Below are positions 8,167-18,170 of a stretch of 64,000 nucleotides of DNA, piece by piece. Every line of letters starts with the position of its first letter. Within the stretch, counting starts at the first letter, position 1. Under the pieces are notes generated by a model. It searched no databases. It was not told the origin of the DNA and saw nothing but the letters and a program-made list of their open reading frames with translations. Both the position numbers and the translations under genes were made by a program. This stretch comes from Fibrobacterota bacterium (lineage in GTDB: Bacteria; Fibrobacterota; Fibrobacteria; UBA11236), in NCBI GenBank assembly GCA_028287505.1, contig JAQBPN010000084.1, positions 22,147 through 86,146 on the forward strand, read 5' to 3'.

Positions 8167-11100
8167 ATGAGATTGTCGTCCCTGCTGTCCTTCCTTTGCG
8201 TCGTCCTGCCGTTTTCGGCGCGGGCGGCCAATTTTTCGTCGTGGCCCTTCTCCACGGTGATCAGGCTCAACACTTCGGGTTCCGGCGCCAACGTGTCCGG
8301 CAACGTCGCCAACTTTCCGGTGCTGGTCAAGCTGACCCCGTACAATTTCGATTTCGACCAGGCCAATCCGGACGGCAGCGATCTCCGCTTCAGCAAGGAC
8401 GAGAATGCCTCCGCGGCCACCGAACTGACTTTCCAGATCGAACGCTGGGATAACGCCAACAAGGTGGCCGAAGTCTGGGTGAAAGTCCCGGATGTCTTCG
8501 GGAACAACGCCACCCAGGCCATCAAAATGTATTGGGGGCACGCCACGCCGCCCTCCCCGGCCCCCACCGCGGCCGTCTTCGGTTCGGCGAACAGTTTTTC
8601 CGGCGTATGGCATCTCAATGAAGCGGCCGGATCCGTGTACAAGGATGCGACCGCCACCGGAGCCAACGGGTCCGGAAACGCGACCGCCACCTCCGGCCCC
8701 ACGGGCCAGGGCGTGGAGTTCAACAACAACCAATCGATCTTCATCCCCCGGCCGGCTTCGAACGCCCTGCATCCCACCGGCAACCTTACCATCGAGTGCT
8801 GGATGAGCGCGAATGCGCAGGGTCAATGGAAGCGCTTTGTCAGCAAGCCCTATTCCTCCGCCAACAGTCCCTGGGACGAATACGACATCCAATTCAGCGA
8901 CTATTCGAATACCTTCGCCTTCGTGCTGGGCATGGGTGCAAACCAGTCCTACGTCAACAGCACCACTCCCACCGTGATCGGCCAGTGGTATCACGTCGTA
9001 GGGACCTATGATCAAAGCACCATGCGGATCTACGTGAACGGCGTCCTGGAAGGCGCCAAACCGCAGTTGGGGCTCATTCCGGATTATAACCAGGGCCTGG
9101 TCTTCGGCAAATTCCTGCACGACAACGTCAGCAGCTACAGCGGCAAGCTCGACGAAGTCCGGATTTCCTCCTCGGCGCGCTCCGCCGACTGGATCAAGCT
9201 CTCCTATTCCAACCAGAAGCAGAACCAGGATCTCGTGGAAATCCAATATGGCGCCACGGGTCCCCAGGGCCCCGTCGGTCCCGCCGGCGCCACCGGTCCG
9301 CAAGGCCCCCAGGGCACGACCGGCATGACAGGCGCCACGGGTGCTACCGGTGCCCAAGGCCCTATCGGCTTGACGGGCGCGATTGGCGCCACGGGCGCGC
9401 AAGGTCCGATCGGTTTGACCGGCGCGGTTGGAGCGACCGGAGCCACGGGTGCAACCGGCGCTCAGGGACCCATCGGATTGACGGGAGCCATCGGAGCAAC
9501 CGGAGCCAAAGGCGACAAGGGTGATCAGGGTAACGAAGGAGCCATCGGTCCGCAGGGTCCGATGGGTTTGACTGGCGCGGTTGGTGCGAATGGAGCCACG
9601 GGCGCCATGGGCGCGACTGGCGCCAAAGGCGATCAAGGTGATGTAGGTGCGACTGGCGCTGCCGGAGCAACTGGAGCTACGGGAGCCAAGGGTGACCAGG
9701 GCGATGTGGGTGCAACCGGCGCCACGGGCCTTCAGGGCCCCATTGGCCTGACTGGGGCTCAAGGCGACAAAGGCGATCAAGGTGACGTGGGTGCTACCGG
9801 TGCAACGGGCGCACAAGGTCCAATCGGTCTGACCGGCGCCAAAGGCGATAAAGGGGACCAGGGCGATATCGGGCCTATCGGTTTGACTGGAGCCAAAGGC
9901 GACAAGGGTGATCAGGGTGACGTCGGTGCGACGGGTGCCGTGGGCGCAACCGGTGCGCAAGGTTCCATTGGGGCGACTGGCGCGGTTGGAGCGACTGGAG
10001 CCAAGGGCGACAAAGGCGATCAAGGCGATGTGGGCGCGACGGGTGCCATGGGTCCGCAGGGACCCATTGGCTTGACCGGCTCGACCGGCACGCAGGGACC
10101 GATTGGTTTGACCGGAGCGACCGGCGCACAGGGTCCCGTTGGACTGACGGGGGCGACCGGTTCCACGGGCGCAACCGGAGCCGTGGGTGCCACTGGCGCC
10201 ATCGGTCCGATTGGCCCGCAAGGCTCAACCGGATTGACCGGTGCAACCGGTCCGCAGGGTCCGGTTGGTCTGACCGGTGCAACGGGTGCGACAGGTCCGC
10301 AAGGCCTGACCGGATTGACCGGTGCAACCGGCCCCGCGGGCGCGCAAGGCCTGACGGGTCTCACGGGTGCTACCGGTCCCGCCGGAGCTACGGGTGCGAT
10401 GGGTCCCGTCGGCCCTCAAGGTCCGAATGGCTTGACGGGCGCAACCGGCGCCGTTGGCCCCCAGGGTATTGCCGGTCCGGTTGGCGCTACCGGCGCCACG
10501 GGTTCCGTAGGCCCCCAAGGTCCTATTGGTTTGACCGGTCCGACCGGTGCGAATGGAGCGACCGGCGCTGTCGGCCCCCAGGGAACCACCGGTGCGAACG
10601 GGGCGGGTCTCAATGAAAAACAGATAGCCACCTTGCGGTGGAATCAGGTTAATGAGTCCGGTGTCGCCTTCTCATCGGCCCAACCCACCGCTGCCGTATT
10701 CGACGGCGATTATCTGTGGATTTGCAGCAATGCCGGACCCAGCGTGACGAAAGTCCTCGCCAGCACCGGCGCGGTCGCGGCTACGGTCACGGTCAATGTC
10801 ACTCCGAGATCAATCGCGTTCGACGGGACCTACATCTGGGTCGCCAACCAGAACGCCAACACGGTGCAGAAGATTCTCGCCAGCACGGCCGCCGTTACGC
10901 AGACGATCTCGGGCTTCAATTCCCCCAAGGGTCTCGCCTTCGACGGCAAGAACATGTGGGTCGCGAACGGAAACGAAACGATTACCAAAGTACTCGCCAG
11001 CAACGGCACCATCGTGGGAACCTACTCCCTGGGCGGGGGAGCCATAACATCCATGTTGGCCTTCGATGGAACCTATATCTATGCTTCGACCCTCCAGGGA

Positions 11101-11478
11101 ACGATTAAAGTGGACCCGGCCACCGGCGCGGTGGTGTATGGCCCAATCTGGACCGGCGACGGACAGCGCTGGGTGACGTATGATGGAACCAACCTCTGGT
11201 TCTCGCATGCGTCCACCGCGACCGTAGTCAAGGTGAATCCGGCCAACGGCGCGGTGCTGGCAAGCTATAACGTCGGGACCCAGCCGCTCGGTGTCACCTT
11301 TGACGGCAACTCCGTCTGGGTGGCCAATCAGCAGTCCGCCAGCGTAACGAAGATCAATGCGACCACCGGAACGATCATCGGTACCTATACCGTGGGTTCC
11401 TTCCCGTACCAGCTTGTATTCGACGGCGTCAACGTGTGGGTGATGAGCCAATTCGGCAACAATATCCAGAAGATGTGA
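8167..11478 (+). CDS. Secreted multidomain protein: signal peptide, DUF2341, LamG/concanavalin-like, ~151 collagen Gly-X-Y triplets, then a 7x 'FDGxxxWVAN' YVTN/NHL-type beta-propeller
   Basis: Signal peptide [20 protein letters not shown]. aa ~45-125 (FPVLVKLT...DGSDLRF...AEVWVKVP) is DUF2341-like. aa ~140-355 is a LamG-like jelly roll. aa 362-814 is uninterrupted GXY ([13 protein letters not shown]...). The C-terminus carries seven ~42-aa repeats with an FDG(T/K/N)x(I/M)WVAN core. Confidence 0.8.
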   Translation: MRLSSLLSFLCVVLPFSARAANFSSWPFSTVIRLNTSGSGANVSGNVANFPVLVKLTPYNFDFDQANPDGSDLRFSKDENASAATELTFQIERWDNANKVAEVWVKVPDVFGNNATQAIKMYWGHATPPSPAPTAAVFGSANSFSGVWHLNEAAGSVYKDATATGANGSGNATATSGPTGQGVEFNNNQSIFIPRPASNALHPTGNLTIECWMSANAQGQWKRFVSKPYSSANSPWDEYDIQFSDYSNTFAFVLGMGANQSYVNSTTPTVIGQWYHVVGTYDQSTMRIYVNGVLEGAKPQLGLIPDYNQGLVFGKFLHDNVSSYSGKLDEVRISSSARSADWIKLSYSNQKQNQDLVEIQYGATGPQGPVGPAGATGPQGPQGTTGMTGATGATGAQGPIGLTGAIGATGAQGPIGLTGAVGATGATGATGAQGPIGLTGAIGATGAKGDKGDQGNEGAIGPQGPMGLTGAVGANGATGAMGATGAKGDQGDVGATGAAGATGATGAKGDQGDVGATGATGLQGPIGLTGAQGDKGDQGDVGATGATGAQGPIGLTGAKGDKGDQGDIGPIGLTGAKGDKGDQGDVGATGAVGATGAQGSIGATGAVGATGAKGDKGDQGDVGATGAMGPQGPIGLTGSTGTQGPIGLTGATGAQGPVGLTGATGSTGATGAVGATGAIGPIGPQGSTGLTGATGPQGPVGLTGATGATGPQGLTGLTGATGPAGAQGLTGLTGATGPAGATGAMGPVGPQGPNGLTGATGAVGPQGIAGPVGATGATGSVGPQGPIGLTGPTGANGATGAVGPQGTTGANGAGLNEKQIATLRWNQVNESGVAFSSAQPTAAVFDGDYLWICSNAGPSVTKVLASTGAVAATVTVNVTPRSIAFDGTYIWVANQNANTVQKILASTAAVTQTISGFNSPKGLAFDGKNMWVANGNETITKVLASNGTIVGTYSLGGGAITSMLAFDGTYIYASTLQGTIKVDPATGAVVYGPIWTGDGQRWVTYDGTNLWFSHASTATVVKVNPANGAVLASYNVGTQPLGVTFDGNSVWVANQQSASVTKINATTGTIIGTYTVGSFPYQLVFDGVNVWVMSQFGNNIQKM
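9250..10608 (+). repeat. Collagen-like (Gly-X-Y)n coding repeat: 9-bp/3-bp periodic, low-complexity GC-rich DNA
   Basis: ~1.36 kb of GGN-GCN-ACN / GGN-CCN-CAG-type triplets. It generates long spurious ORFs in five other frames (e.g. 8146..10221-, 10020..10364-). Confidence 0.85.
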
Positions 11479-11527
11479 CCCTCGCATTCCCGGGCCCTTC
11501 CAGGCCCTGGAAAATCGAAGTGCTTCG

Positions 11528-11555
11528 AGGCCCGCGTAAGCGGGCCTTTTCGTTT
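11528..11555 (+). terminator. Rho-independent terminator after the collagen-like gene
   Basis: Stem AGGCCCGC / GCGGGCCT with a GTAA tetraloop, followed by TTTTCGTTT. Confidence 0.5.
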
Positions 11556-11788
11556 CCGGTCCTTACTTTCCTTTGACTTTTTGGGCGGATCCGCGAATCC
11601 GAAGGGATTGACCCGGCTATCACCCCAAATGGGGTGTTCACAGATGTGAAATTAATTTCCGGCCCCATGCCGACTCCTCATGTGTTTCCCCGGTCTTCCT
11701 GTACCTTCTGATTACGCCTGAACGGGCAGTGTACCGACCCAATCGGATACGCCTGACCGGGTTCTATGAAATAACAGGGGTAACCAAT

Positions 11789-12673
11789 ATGGCACGATCA
11801 ATTCAACGGCTGGTCCGCATTCTTGCCTTGGCCGGGACCGTCTCCGCCGCCTTTTCCCAGACTCCCGATGTCTGGATGAAGCTCTTCGACGGCAAGGACC
11901 TGACCGGCTGGCAAGGCCGGACCGGCGGCTACTGGGTGGTCGACAGCGCGGGCGTGATCGTCGGCACCCATCCCACCGCGGCGGCGGCCATGAACGGAGA
12001 GAACACCTTCCTGTTCACGGACAGCATGTTCAGCGACTTCCGTCTCAAGCTGGACGGCCGGATGCCCGGCTCCGGCGGCTACCGGAACAGCGGAATCATG
12101 TACCGCAGCACCATCGTCAACAAGACCGGATATGCCGCCAGCGGTTACCAATACGAGATTTCCGACGGAGGCACGGGAGCCTTCTACCATGAACGTGGAA
12201 CCGAGCTCGGATTCACCGGCGGCTGCTCGGGCGCCGGCCTCACGGCCAATGACTTCAAGAAAATGGAGATCATCGCCGACGGTCCCCACGCCACCCATCT
12301 CATGAACGGAAAATCCTGCTTCGATTACAAAACGTTCAAAGTGGTGACCAAAGGCTACATCGGCCTGCAATTGCATGCGCCCGGGGACTTCATCGTGAAT
12401 TTCAAGAACATCTACATCCAGCCCCTGAACAATTCCTTCCAGATCCCGGCCAACAACGCGTGGGACTCCACCGGAAAGCAGATCGGCATCACTGGCATCC
12501 ATATCACGCCCAAGCTCAAGCGGGCGAACCAATACCTGGGGCTTCCCAATTCCATCCTGGGATACGATGCGCGGGGACGCGAAATCCCCGCCACTCCCGC
12601 GGATTTGAATGCGATGGGTTCGGCCTTCAGGGTCGGCCGGGGCGCTCCCGGACTTTACATCCGGGCGGATTGA
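11789..12673 (+). CDS. Secreted DUF1080 (3-keto-disaccharide hydrolase / LamG-like) protein with a C-terminal extension
   Basis: Signal peptide MARSIQRLVRILALAGTVSAAFSQ after an AGGGG RBS. DUF1080 hallmarks: WMKLFDGKDLTGWQ, YQYEISD, GYIGLQLH, NIYIQPL. An extra ~80 aa follow the domain. Confidence 0.65.
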   Translation: MARSIQRLVRILALAGTVSAAFSQTPDVWMKLFDGKDLTGWQGRTGGYWVVDSAGVIVGTHPTAAAAMNGENTFLFTDSMFSDFRLKLDGRMPGSGGYRNSGIMYRSTIVNKTGYAASGYQYEISDGGTGAFYHERGTELGFTGGCSGAGLTANDFKKMEIIADGPHATHLMNGKSCFDYKTFKVVTKGYIGLQLHAPGDFIVNFKNIYIQPLNNSFQIPANNAWDSTGKQIGITGIHITPKLKRANQYLGLPNSILGYDARGREIPATPADLNAMGSAFRVGRGAPGLYIRAD

Positions 12674-12692
12674 CGCGCTCCGGCGCGTCGTT

Positions 12693-14117
12693 TCAGATTA
12701 TGCGGCGGCGGCGCACGGCCAGGACGAGCAGTCCCAGGCCAATCGCCATCAAAACGACCGACTGCGGTTCCGGCACCACCTCTTGCCGCACAAAGGAGAG
12801 GTTCATTCCCGCCAGATCCGCGTCCGTGAATCCGAAGGCGTAGAACTGGCTGGGACCGGCGACGCCGGGAATGAAGTCGTTGTCGTTGGAAACGAACAAG
12901 GTGTGGTTGACCACGCCGTCAATAGTGACATCCTGCCCGAAGGCGAGGCCTTCCAGCTTGGCCGGGATCTGGGTATCCTTCAGCCCGAAGGCCAGCAACG
13001 CGCCTTCGATGTCCAGGAACAGGGTTTTCGTCGGCGCCACCGCCAGCAATGCGGACTCGCCCTGCAGGGTGGAAACGTCCTGGGCACCCGTCAGATCCAC
13101 GGCCCAGAGCTGTTTGACCACGGCCTTGCTGCCGTCGCCCAGGCCCTTGCCGTCCCGCTCCAGCACCACGAATTGATGATCGTTCAAGGCCAGGATTTCG
13201 CTGCTGTTGAAATTCTTGCTCCCGATTTTGTTGTCATATGCGTATTCATGGGTCGCTCCGGTGGCGATGTCGATGGTGACGATGCGGTTGGCGCGTCCGC
13301 CGTCGCCGCCATCCTGGATCAAGGGGCTCTGCATGAACCCGATCAGGGTCTTGCCGTCGGGAGAGATGGCCAGGCCTTCCATGCCCTTGTTGGTCACGCG
13401 GCCCGTGGTGTTGCCGCTGATCTCGGTAGCGCCCAGTCCGCTCAGGTTGGCGATGTCGAAATGATCCGGCAGGTCGAATGTCCTGATGCGTTTGCCGGTG
13501 TCGCGATCGAATTGGTAGACGTACGGTCCGTATTCATCCGCGATGAAGACGCTTTGGCCGTCGTTGGACACGCGGACGCCTTCCGGATCCAGGCGGGCGT
13601 CGTTGGGATTGGTGGATGAACCCGGACCGAAGCCGTCCGAGCGGCCGGTGAAATAGTACGTGCCGGCCGTGTTCTCGGCGGGAGCGCCGCCGGGCAATCC
13701 CACGGTGCTGCCGTAGAAAAGGGGCGTGGGGCTGGAGAGCAGGGTAGTGCCGGTCAGGCTTGTGGTCAGGGTGAAGGGCAGGGAACCGGACGGGGTGGCG
13801 TCCAAGGTCAATTGCAGGGAGTTGAAACGGGCGATGAAGGACTGGGTATTGTCGATGACGGCGCCTCCCGCATACGGGGTCGCATTGGGGCCGCGATCGG
13901 GAATGGCGATGAAATTGTTGCCGCCGGCCCAGGCGAGGCCGGAGCCGATGCCGCCCAGCGTATTGGCCGCCGCGCCGCTTTCCAGGGCGCCGGTCAGGCC
14001 CGACTTGTCGGTCGTGCCGTCCAAGGTTCCCGTCGCGATCAGAACCGGAGTGGCTTGGGCCGCGCCGGCGAGAAGTAAAAGGGTGGAAATGGAAGGGAAT
14101 GCGCGCTTTATATTCAT
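12693..14117 (-). CDS. Phytase-like (esterase-like, PF13449-type) secreted protein with a PEP-CTERM sorting tail
   Basis: Signal peptide MNIKRAFPSISTLLLLAGAAQA with an AGGAGAG RBS. The C-terminus VPEPQSVVLMAIGLGLLVLAVRRRRII is a canonical PEP motif plus TM plus Arg cluster. Confidence 0.65.
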   Translation of the reverse strand: MNIKRAFPSISTLLLLAGAAQATPVLIATGTLDGTTDKSGLTGALESGAAANTLGGIGSGLAWAGGNNFIAIPDRGPNATPYAGGAVIDNTQSFIARFNSLQLTLDATPSGSLPFTLTTSLTGTTLLSSPTPLFYGSTVGLPGGAPAENTAGTYYFTGRSDGFGPGSSTNPNDARLDPEGVRVSNDGQSVFIADEYGPYVYQFDRDTGKRIRTFDLPDHFDIANLSGLGATEISGNTTGRVTNKGMEGLAISPDGKTLIGFMQSPLIQDGGDGGRANRIVTIDIATGATHEYAYDNKIGSKNFNSSEILALNDHQFVVLERDGKGLGDGSKAVVKQLWAVDLTGAQDVSTLQGESALLAVAPTKTLFLDIEGALLAFGLKDTQIPAKLEGLAFGQDVTIDGVVNHTLFVSNDNDFIPGVAGPSQFYAFGFTDADLAGMNLSFVRQEVVPEPQSVVLMAIGLGLLVLAVRRRRII

Positions 14118-14383
14118 GGAAGTACTCTCCTGGATGGAATGGGATGTTGGTGAACGGGACTCGTGGCAATGGGTAGCCAAGGTAGGCGCGTCATGTTTCG
14201 GCCTTGAGAAAATCGGATTTCAATCGGGAATTATGCGAAGCTTCCCTTGTCTTTCCCCCGCCGGCTACGCACAAATTGCCGGGATTTTTTACACTGCGTC
14301 ATGAAAAAGGCTTGAATTCTCCTTGCCATACTTGACGTTTTCTTGATACCATCGTCCTCGAGATCTCAAACGATGCAGGGAGA

Positions 14384-15592
14384 ATGATGCTAAGAAGAAC
14401 TATCGGTATCGCGTTTGCCGGATTGATGGGAGCATTTTCCGTTGGGCAGGCTTTCACCATCGACGGCAAGGCCCCGACCGTGAAATTCAACAACAGCAAT
14501 CTCAATCCATTGCTCTTCACTCCGGACATGCAAGCGCAGTTCGAATCCAAAATGAACACCGAGGTCGGAGTGGCTTTCGACAAAACCATCGTCGATGCCC
14601 GGACGAAGCTGGCCGGCTTCAAGGATCAGAAGCAATTGGCCCAAGGCATGGCCAACGCCAATGTCTATTCCACCAATTCGGCCACCCTGCAGGGATTCCA
14701 GAACTATAGTCTCTTCGCGGTTTCAAGCGGCTTCATGCTCGGCCTCCAGGCCCCGAGCCTCAGCGTCAGCCCCGGGTCCATCGGCAAAGACATCGCCAAA
14801 GAGGGGGATCTCTACGCGGGCGTGGGAGTGGGTTTCACCTACCTGAACATCGGGATCAACTGCAGCAAGTTCCTGCTGCCGGGCCTCTACCTGAACGCGA
14901 AATACGGCGGCCTAAGCCAGGACGTCGGGGACTTCTCCATGGACTTCAAAGTGATGGGCGTGGGCGTGAACTACAAGATCCTGGAGCCCAAGAGCTTCGT
15001 CGGCCTGGTGAAGTGGCGCGGCATTTCCGTGGGTTCCGGATTCTATATGCAGATGGACAAGCTCAACATGAAAATCGTCCCCGACTCGCTCACCACCCCG
15101 GCGCATTTCCGCGAGGCGGTCCTTTCCGGAGCCACCACGGCCCAGGACTCGGCGGACAAGAAAACCCTGCTGGATCAGATGGGCTATACCGCTTCCAATC
15201 CGGATGCCAACGTGACCCTGACCCCGGAATTCAACATGGGCCTGGATATCTCCACCTACACCGTTCCCCTGGAAGTGAATACCGCCGTGGCTCTGCTCTG
15301 GGGCATCATCAACGTGAACGCGGGCTTGGGGATGGACATGAATTTCGGCTCGGCCAAGATCGTGCTGGAAGGCGAATCCCTGGCCAAGATCTCCTCGGAC
15401 ACGACCAAGGTCACCTTCTCGCCCGCCAAGGTGAAGGTGGACGGCAGCACCGACAACGGCCCGTCCTTCGCGCGCATGCGCGCCATGACCGGCGTCGGCT
15501 TGGGCCTGGGCCCGGTCAAGCTCGATATTCCCCTGATCTACTACTTCAACAGCGGTCTGGCCTTCGGCGTCACCGCCGCGGTCGTCTGGTAG
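14384..15592 (+). CDS. Secreted hypothetical protein (possible outer-membrane protein)
   Basis: Signal peptide MMLRRTIGIAFAGLMGAFSVGQA. Many amphipathic beta-strand-like segments; ends ...AAVVW. No recognisable domain. Confidence 0.45.
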   Translation: MMLRRTIGIAFAGLMGAFSVGQAFTIDGKAPTVKFNNSNLNPLLFTPDMQAQFESKMNTEVGVAFDKTIVDARTKLAGFKDQKQLAQGMANANVYSTNSATLQGFQNYSLFAVSSGFMLGLQAPSLSVSPGSIGKDIAKEGDLYAGVGVGFTYLNIGINCSKFLLPGLYLNAKYGGLSQDVGDFSMDFKVMGVGVNYKILEPKSFVGLVKWRGISVGSGFYMQMDKLNMKIVPDSLTTPAHFREAVLSGATTAQDSADKKTLLDQMGYTASNPDANVTLTPEFNMGLDISTYTVPLEVNTAVALLWGIINVNAGLGMDMNFGSAKIVLEGESLAKISSDTTKVTFSPAKVKVDGSTDNGPSFARMRAMTGVGLGLGPVKLDIPLIYYFNSGLAFGVTAAVVW

Positions 15593-15739
15593 CCTGATTC
15601 CGGAAGGAGCCGGGCGCACCCGGCTCCGGCCATCCCACTCTCTTCACTCCCTCCACTCCCGAATCCACCGCCGAGACAATCGTCAAGGAGGCGTCCTGCA
15701 GCCAGGCGCAACAGGCCATGGCGCGGGTCAGGGTCGCGC

Positions 15740-16969
15740 TCAAGGCACGCGTTTGAAGATCAGGGAGGTATTGATGCCGCCGAAGGCGAAGTTGTTGGTC
15801 ATCACGTGTTCGGTGGACAGGCGGCGCGGGCCTTCCATCACGTAATCCAGATCCGCGCAACGCGGGTCCACGTTCACGAGGTTCAAGGTGGGGGACACCC
15901 AATCGTTCCGCATCATCTCGATGGTCATCCAGGCTTCCAGCGCGCCGCAGGCCCCCAGGGTGTGTCCGAAGTAGCTCTTCAGGGAGCTGATCGGCACTTT
16001 GCGGCCGAAGACTTCGCGCGTGGCCGCGGTCTCGGCGATATCGCCGTGTTCGGTGGCGGTGCCGTGGGCGTTCACGTAGCCGATGGCTTCCCCGCTCAGG
16101 GAGGCGTCCCGCAGGGCGAGTTTCATGGCCACGCTCATGGTCTCGGAAGAAGGCTGGGTCACGTGGCTGCCGTCGCAATTGGTGCCGAAGCCGATCACCT
16201 CCGCATGGATGCGCGCGCCCCGGGCCAGGGCATGCTCGCGCTCTTCCAGGATCAGGGTGCCGGCGCCTTCGCCCACCACCAGGCCGTCGCGATCGCGGTC
16301 GAAAGGCCGGGGGGATTTGGTGGGGCTGTCGTTTTTCACCGAGGTGGCGAACAGGGTGTCGAACACGGCCGCCTCCGTGGGCGTCAGCTCCTCCGCGCCG
16401 CCCGCGATCATGACCGTCTGCCGGCCGCTCTGGATGGCCTCATAGGCCAGGCCGATGGATTGGCTGCCGCTGGTGCAGGCCGTGGAGGTGGTGTACACGC
16501 GGCCCTGCAATCCGAAATAGACGGCGATGTTGACGGAGGTGGTGTGCGGCATCATGCGGATATAGGTGGTGGCGGTGATGGCGTCCGTGGTCTTGTTGAG
16601 GAGCATGCGCGCGAAGTCGCCGATGGCCTCGGGGGATCCGGTGGAGGATCCGTAGGCCACGCCGGTCATGCCGCTCTTGAGGATGGGATGGCCGGTGAGA
16701 CCGGCGTCGCGCAGAGCCATGTCGGAAGCCCGCACCGCCATGCGCGCGACGGGACCCATGGAACGCAGGACCTTGCGCGGATAGAGATCGGCGGGAAGAT
16801 CGTACGGTTGCGCCGGGGCCGCCAGCAGGGTGTTGAGCCCCTGGTATTGGGTCCAATCCTCCATGCGCACCACCGCGCTGAGGCCTTTCCGGAGCCGATC
16901 CCCGGCCGCGGCCCAATCATTACCGATCGGCGAGATGCCCGCCATGCCGGTCACCACCACGCGTTTCAA
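15740..16969 (-). CDS. Beta-ketoacyl-ACP synthase (FabF/KAS-II-like), APE-cluster KS
   Basis: KRVVVTGMAGISPIG N-terminus, active-site TACTSGSQ, and His motifs NAHGTATEHGD and YFGHTLGACGA. TTG start shares TTGA with the upstream FabG stop. Confidence 0.8.
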   Translation of the reverse strand: MKRVVVTGMAGISPIGNDWAAAGDRLRKGLSAVVRMEDWTQYQGLNTLLAAPAQPYDLPADLYPRKVLRSMGPVARMAVRASDMALRDAGLTGHPILKSGMTGVAYGSSTGSPEAIGDFARMLLNKTTDAITATTYIRMMPHTTSVNIAVYFGLQGRVYTTSTACTSGSQSIGLAYEAIQSGRQTVMIAGGAEELTPTEAAVFDTLFATSVKNDSPTKSPRPFDRDRDGLVVGEGAGTLILEEREHALARGARIHAEVIGFGTNCDGSHVTQPSSETMSVAMKLALRDASLSGEAIGYVNAHGTATEHGDIAETAATREVFGRKVPISSLKSYFGHTLGACGALEAWMTIEMMRNDWVSPTLNLVNVDPRCADLDYVMEGPRRLSTEHVMTNNFAFGGINTSLIFKRVP

Positions 16970-17700
16970 GAACTCAATCCTCCGTCCACGGCGAACACCT
17001 GGCGGGTAATATACGAAGCTTCTTCGGACATCAGGAACGCCACCAGACCGGCCACCTCTTCGGGCTTGCCGGCGCGTTGCAGGGGGATGAGTTCCATGAG
17101 CTTTTCCAATACTTCCTCGCGGACCATCTCCGTGCCTATCAGCCCGGGCGCCACGCAATTGACCGTGATCTTGCGCTTGGCCAATTCCAGCGCCAGCGAC
17201 TTGGTGGCGGCGATGACGCCGGCCTTGGCCGCCGCGTAGTTGGCCTGGCCCCGGTTTCCCATCAGTCCCGACACCGACGCGATGGTGACGATCCGCCCCG
17301 GCAGCCGCCTCTGGATCATGGGCATGACCAGCGGGCGCAGGACATTGTAGAAGCTGTCCAGGTCCGTGCGGATGACGGTATCCCACTCCTCCCCGCTCAT
17401 GCCGGGGAAAGGCGCGTCCGCGGTGATGCCGGCGTTGCACACCACTCCGTAGTACGCCTCGTGGGATTCCAGATCGGCTTCCAGCACGGCCAAGGCTTCG
17501 GCCCGGTCCGCGATGTCGAAATGGATGGCCCGGGCCGATCCGCCCGCGGCCTGGATTGCGTCCACGGTTTCGCCCGTGGATCCGCCCGCTTTGCGCCCGT
17601 GCACCACCAAAGCATATCCGTCCCGGGCCAGGCGGATGGCCACGGCGCGGCCGATGCCCCGGCTGCTCCCGGTCACAAGGATGGACTTGGCCCCGTTCAT
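16966..17700 (-). CDS. fabG: 3-oxoacyl-ACP reductase (SDR, FabG-like)
   Basis: TGSSRGIGRAVA Rossmann motif, NAG, and YAAAKAG catalytic Tyr-xxx-Lys. Confidence 0.8.
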   Translation of the reverse strand: MNGAKSILVTGSSRGIGRAVAIRLARDGYALVVHGRKAGGSTGETVDAIQAAGGSARAIHFDIADRAEALAVLEADLESHEAYYGVVCNAGITADAPFPGMSGEEWDTVIRTDLDSFYNVLRPLVMPMIQRRLPGRIVTIASVSGLMGNRGQANYAAAKAGVIAATKSLALELAKRKITVNCVAPGLIGTEMVREEVLEKLMELIPLQRAGKPEEVAGLVAFLMSEEASYITRQVFAVDGGLSS

Positions 17701-18170
17701 GTGGATCTTTCCTCGAGGAATTTCCGGATATCCGGCACGTCGATCACGGTGATTTGCGCTTGGGCCAGGATGCGGCCGCCCGGATCCCGTATCCGGCAGT
17801 GCATGCTGCTGACTCCGTTTTCCTGAAAGATATCTATGCGGGCCAGCACTTCCAATTCCTGGCCGTCCTTGAATACCGGCTCCTCCGCGGTGAATTCGCG
17901 CGTGCCCAGGAGCATGCCCACCTTGACTTCGCCGCCGGAGGCCAGGCCCTGGGCTCCGGAATAGGCGGCCACGGTCTGGGCCATGTATTCCAGGCCCACC
18001 CAGGCGGGCACGCCGTCCCCCGCGAAGAACGGGCTGGCGGGCGTGATGCGCACCTTGGCCTTGAAGCTGTCGCCTTCCATGCCGCAGGCTTCGTCGATGA
18101 GGATCATGGGCGCGCGGTGGGGCAGCAGTTGGGCGATGGGACGGCGGCAGATTTCGATCAAGTCGTTCAT
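17697..18170 (-). CDS. Hot-dog-fold 3-hydroxyacyl-ACP dehydratase (FabZ/ApeI-like)
   Basis: MNDLIEICRRPIAQLLPHRAPMILID... is FabZ-like. 157 aa. ATGA overlap with the upstream KS stop. Confidence 0.7.
   Translation of the reverse strand: MNDLIEICRRPIAQLLPHRAPMILIDEACGMEGDSFKAKVRITPASPFFAGDGVPAWVGLEYMAQTVAAYSGAQGLASGGEVKVGMLLGTREFTAEEPVFKDGQELEVLARIDIFQENGVSSMHCRIRDPGGRILAQAQITVIDVPDIRKFLEERST

Noticed and set aside
8146-10518. Long ORFs in other frames through the collagen region (8146..10221-, 691 aa; 9362..9670-; 9875..10327-; 10020..10364-; 10225..10518-; 8492..8806+).
   Set aside because: All lie inside the Gly-X-Y coding repeat. Their Pro/Ala/Arg-rich translations are frame shadows of the GC-rich triplet periodicity, and they lack starts with RBS.
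15806-17826. ORFs 15806..17239+ (477 aa) and 17077..17826+ opposite the fab-like genes.
   Set aside because: Antisense to strongly supported FabF/FabG/DH homologues.
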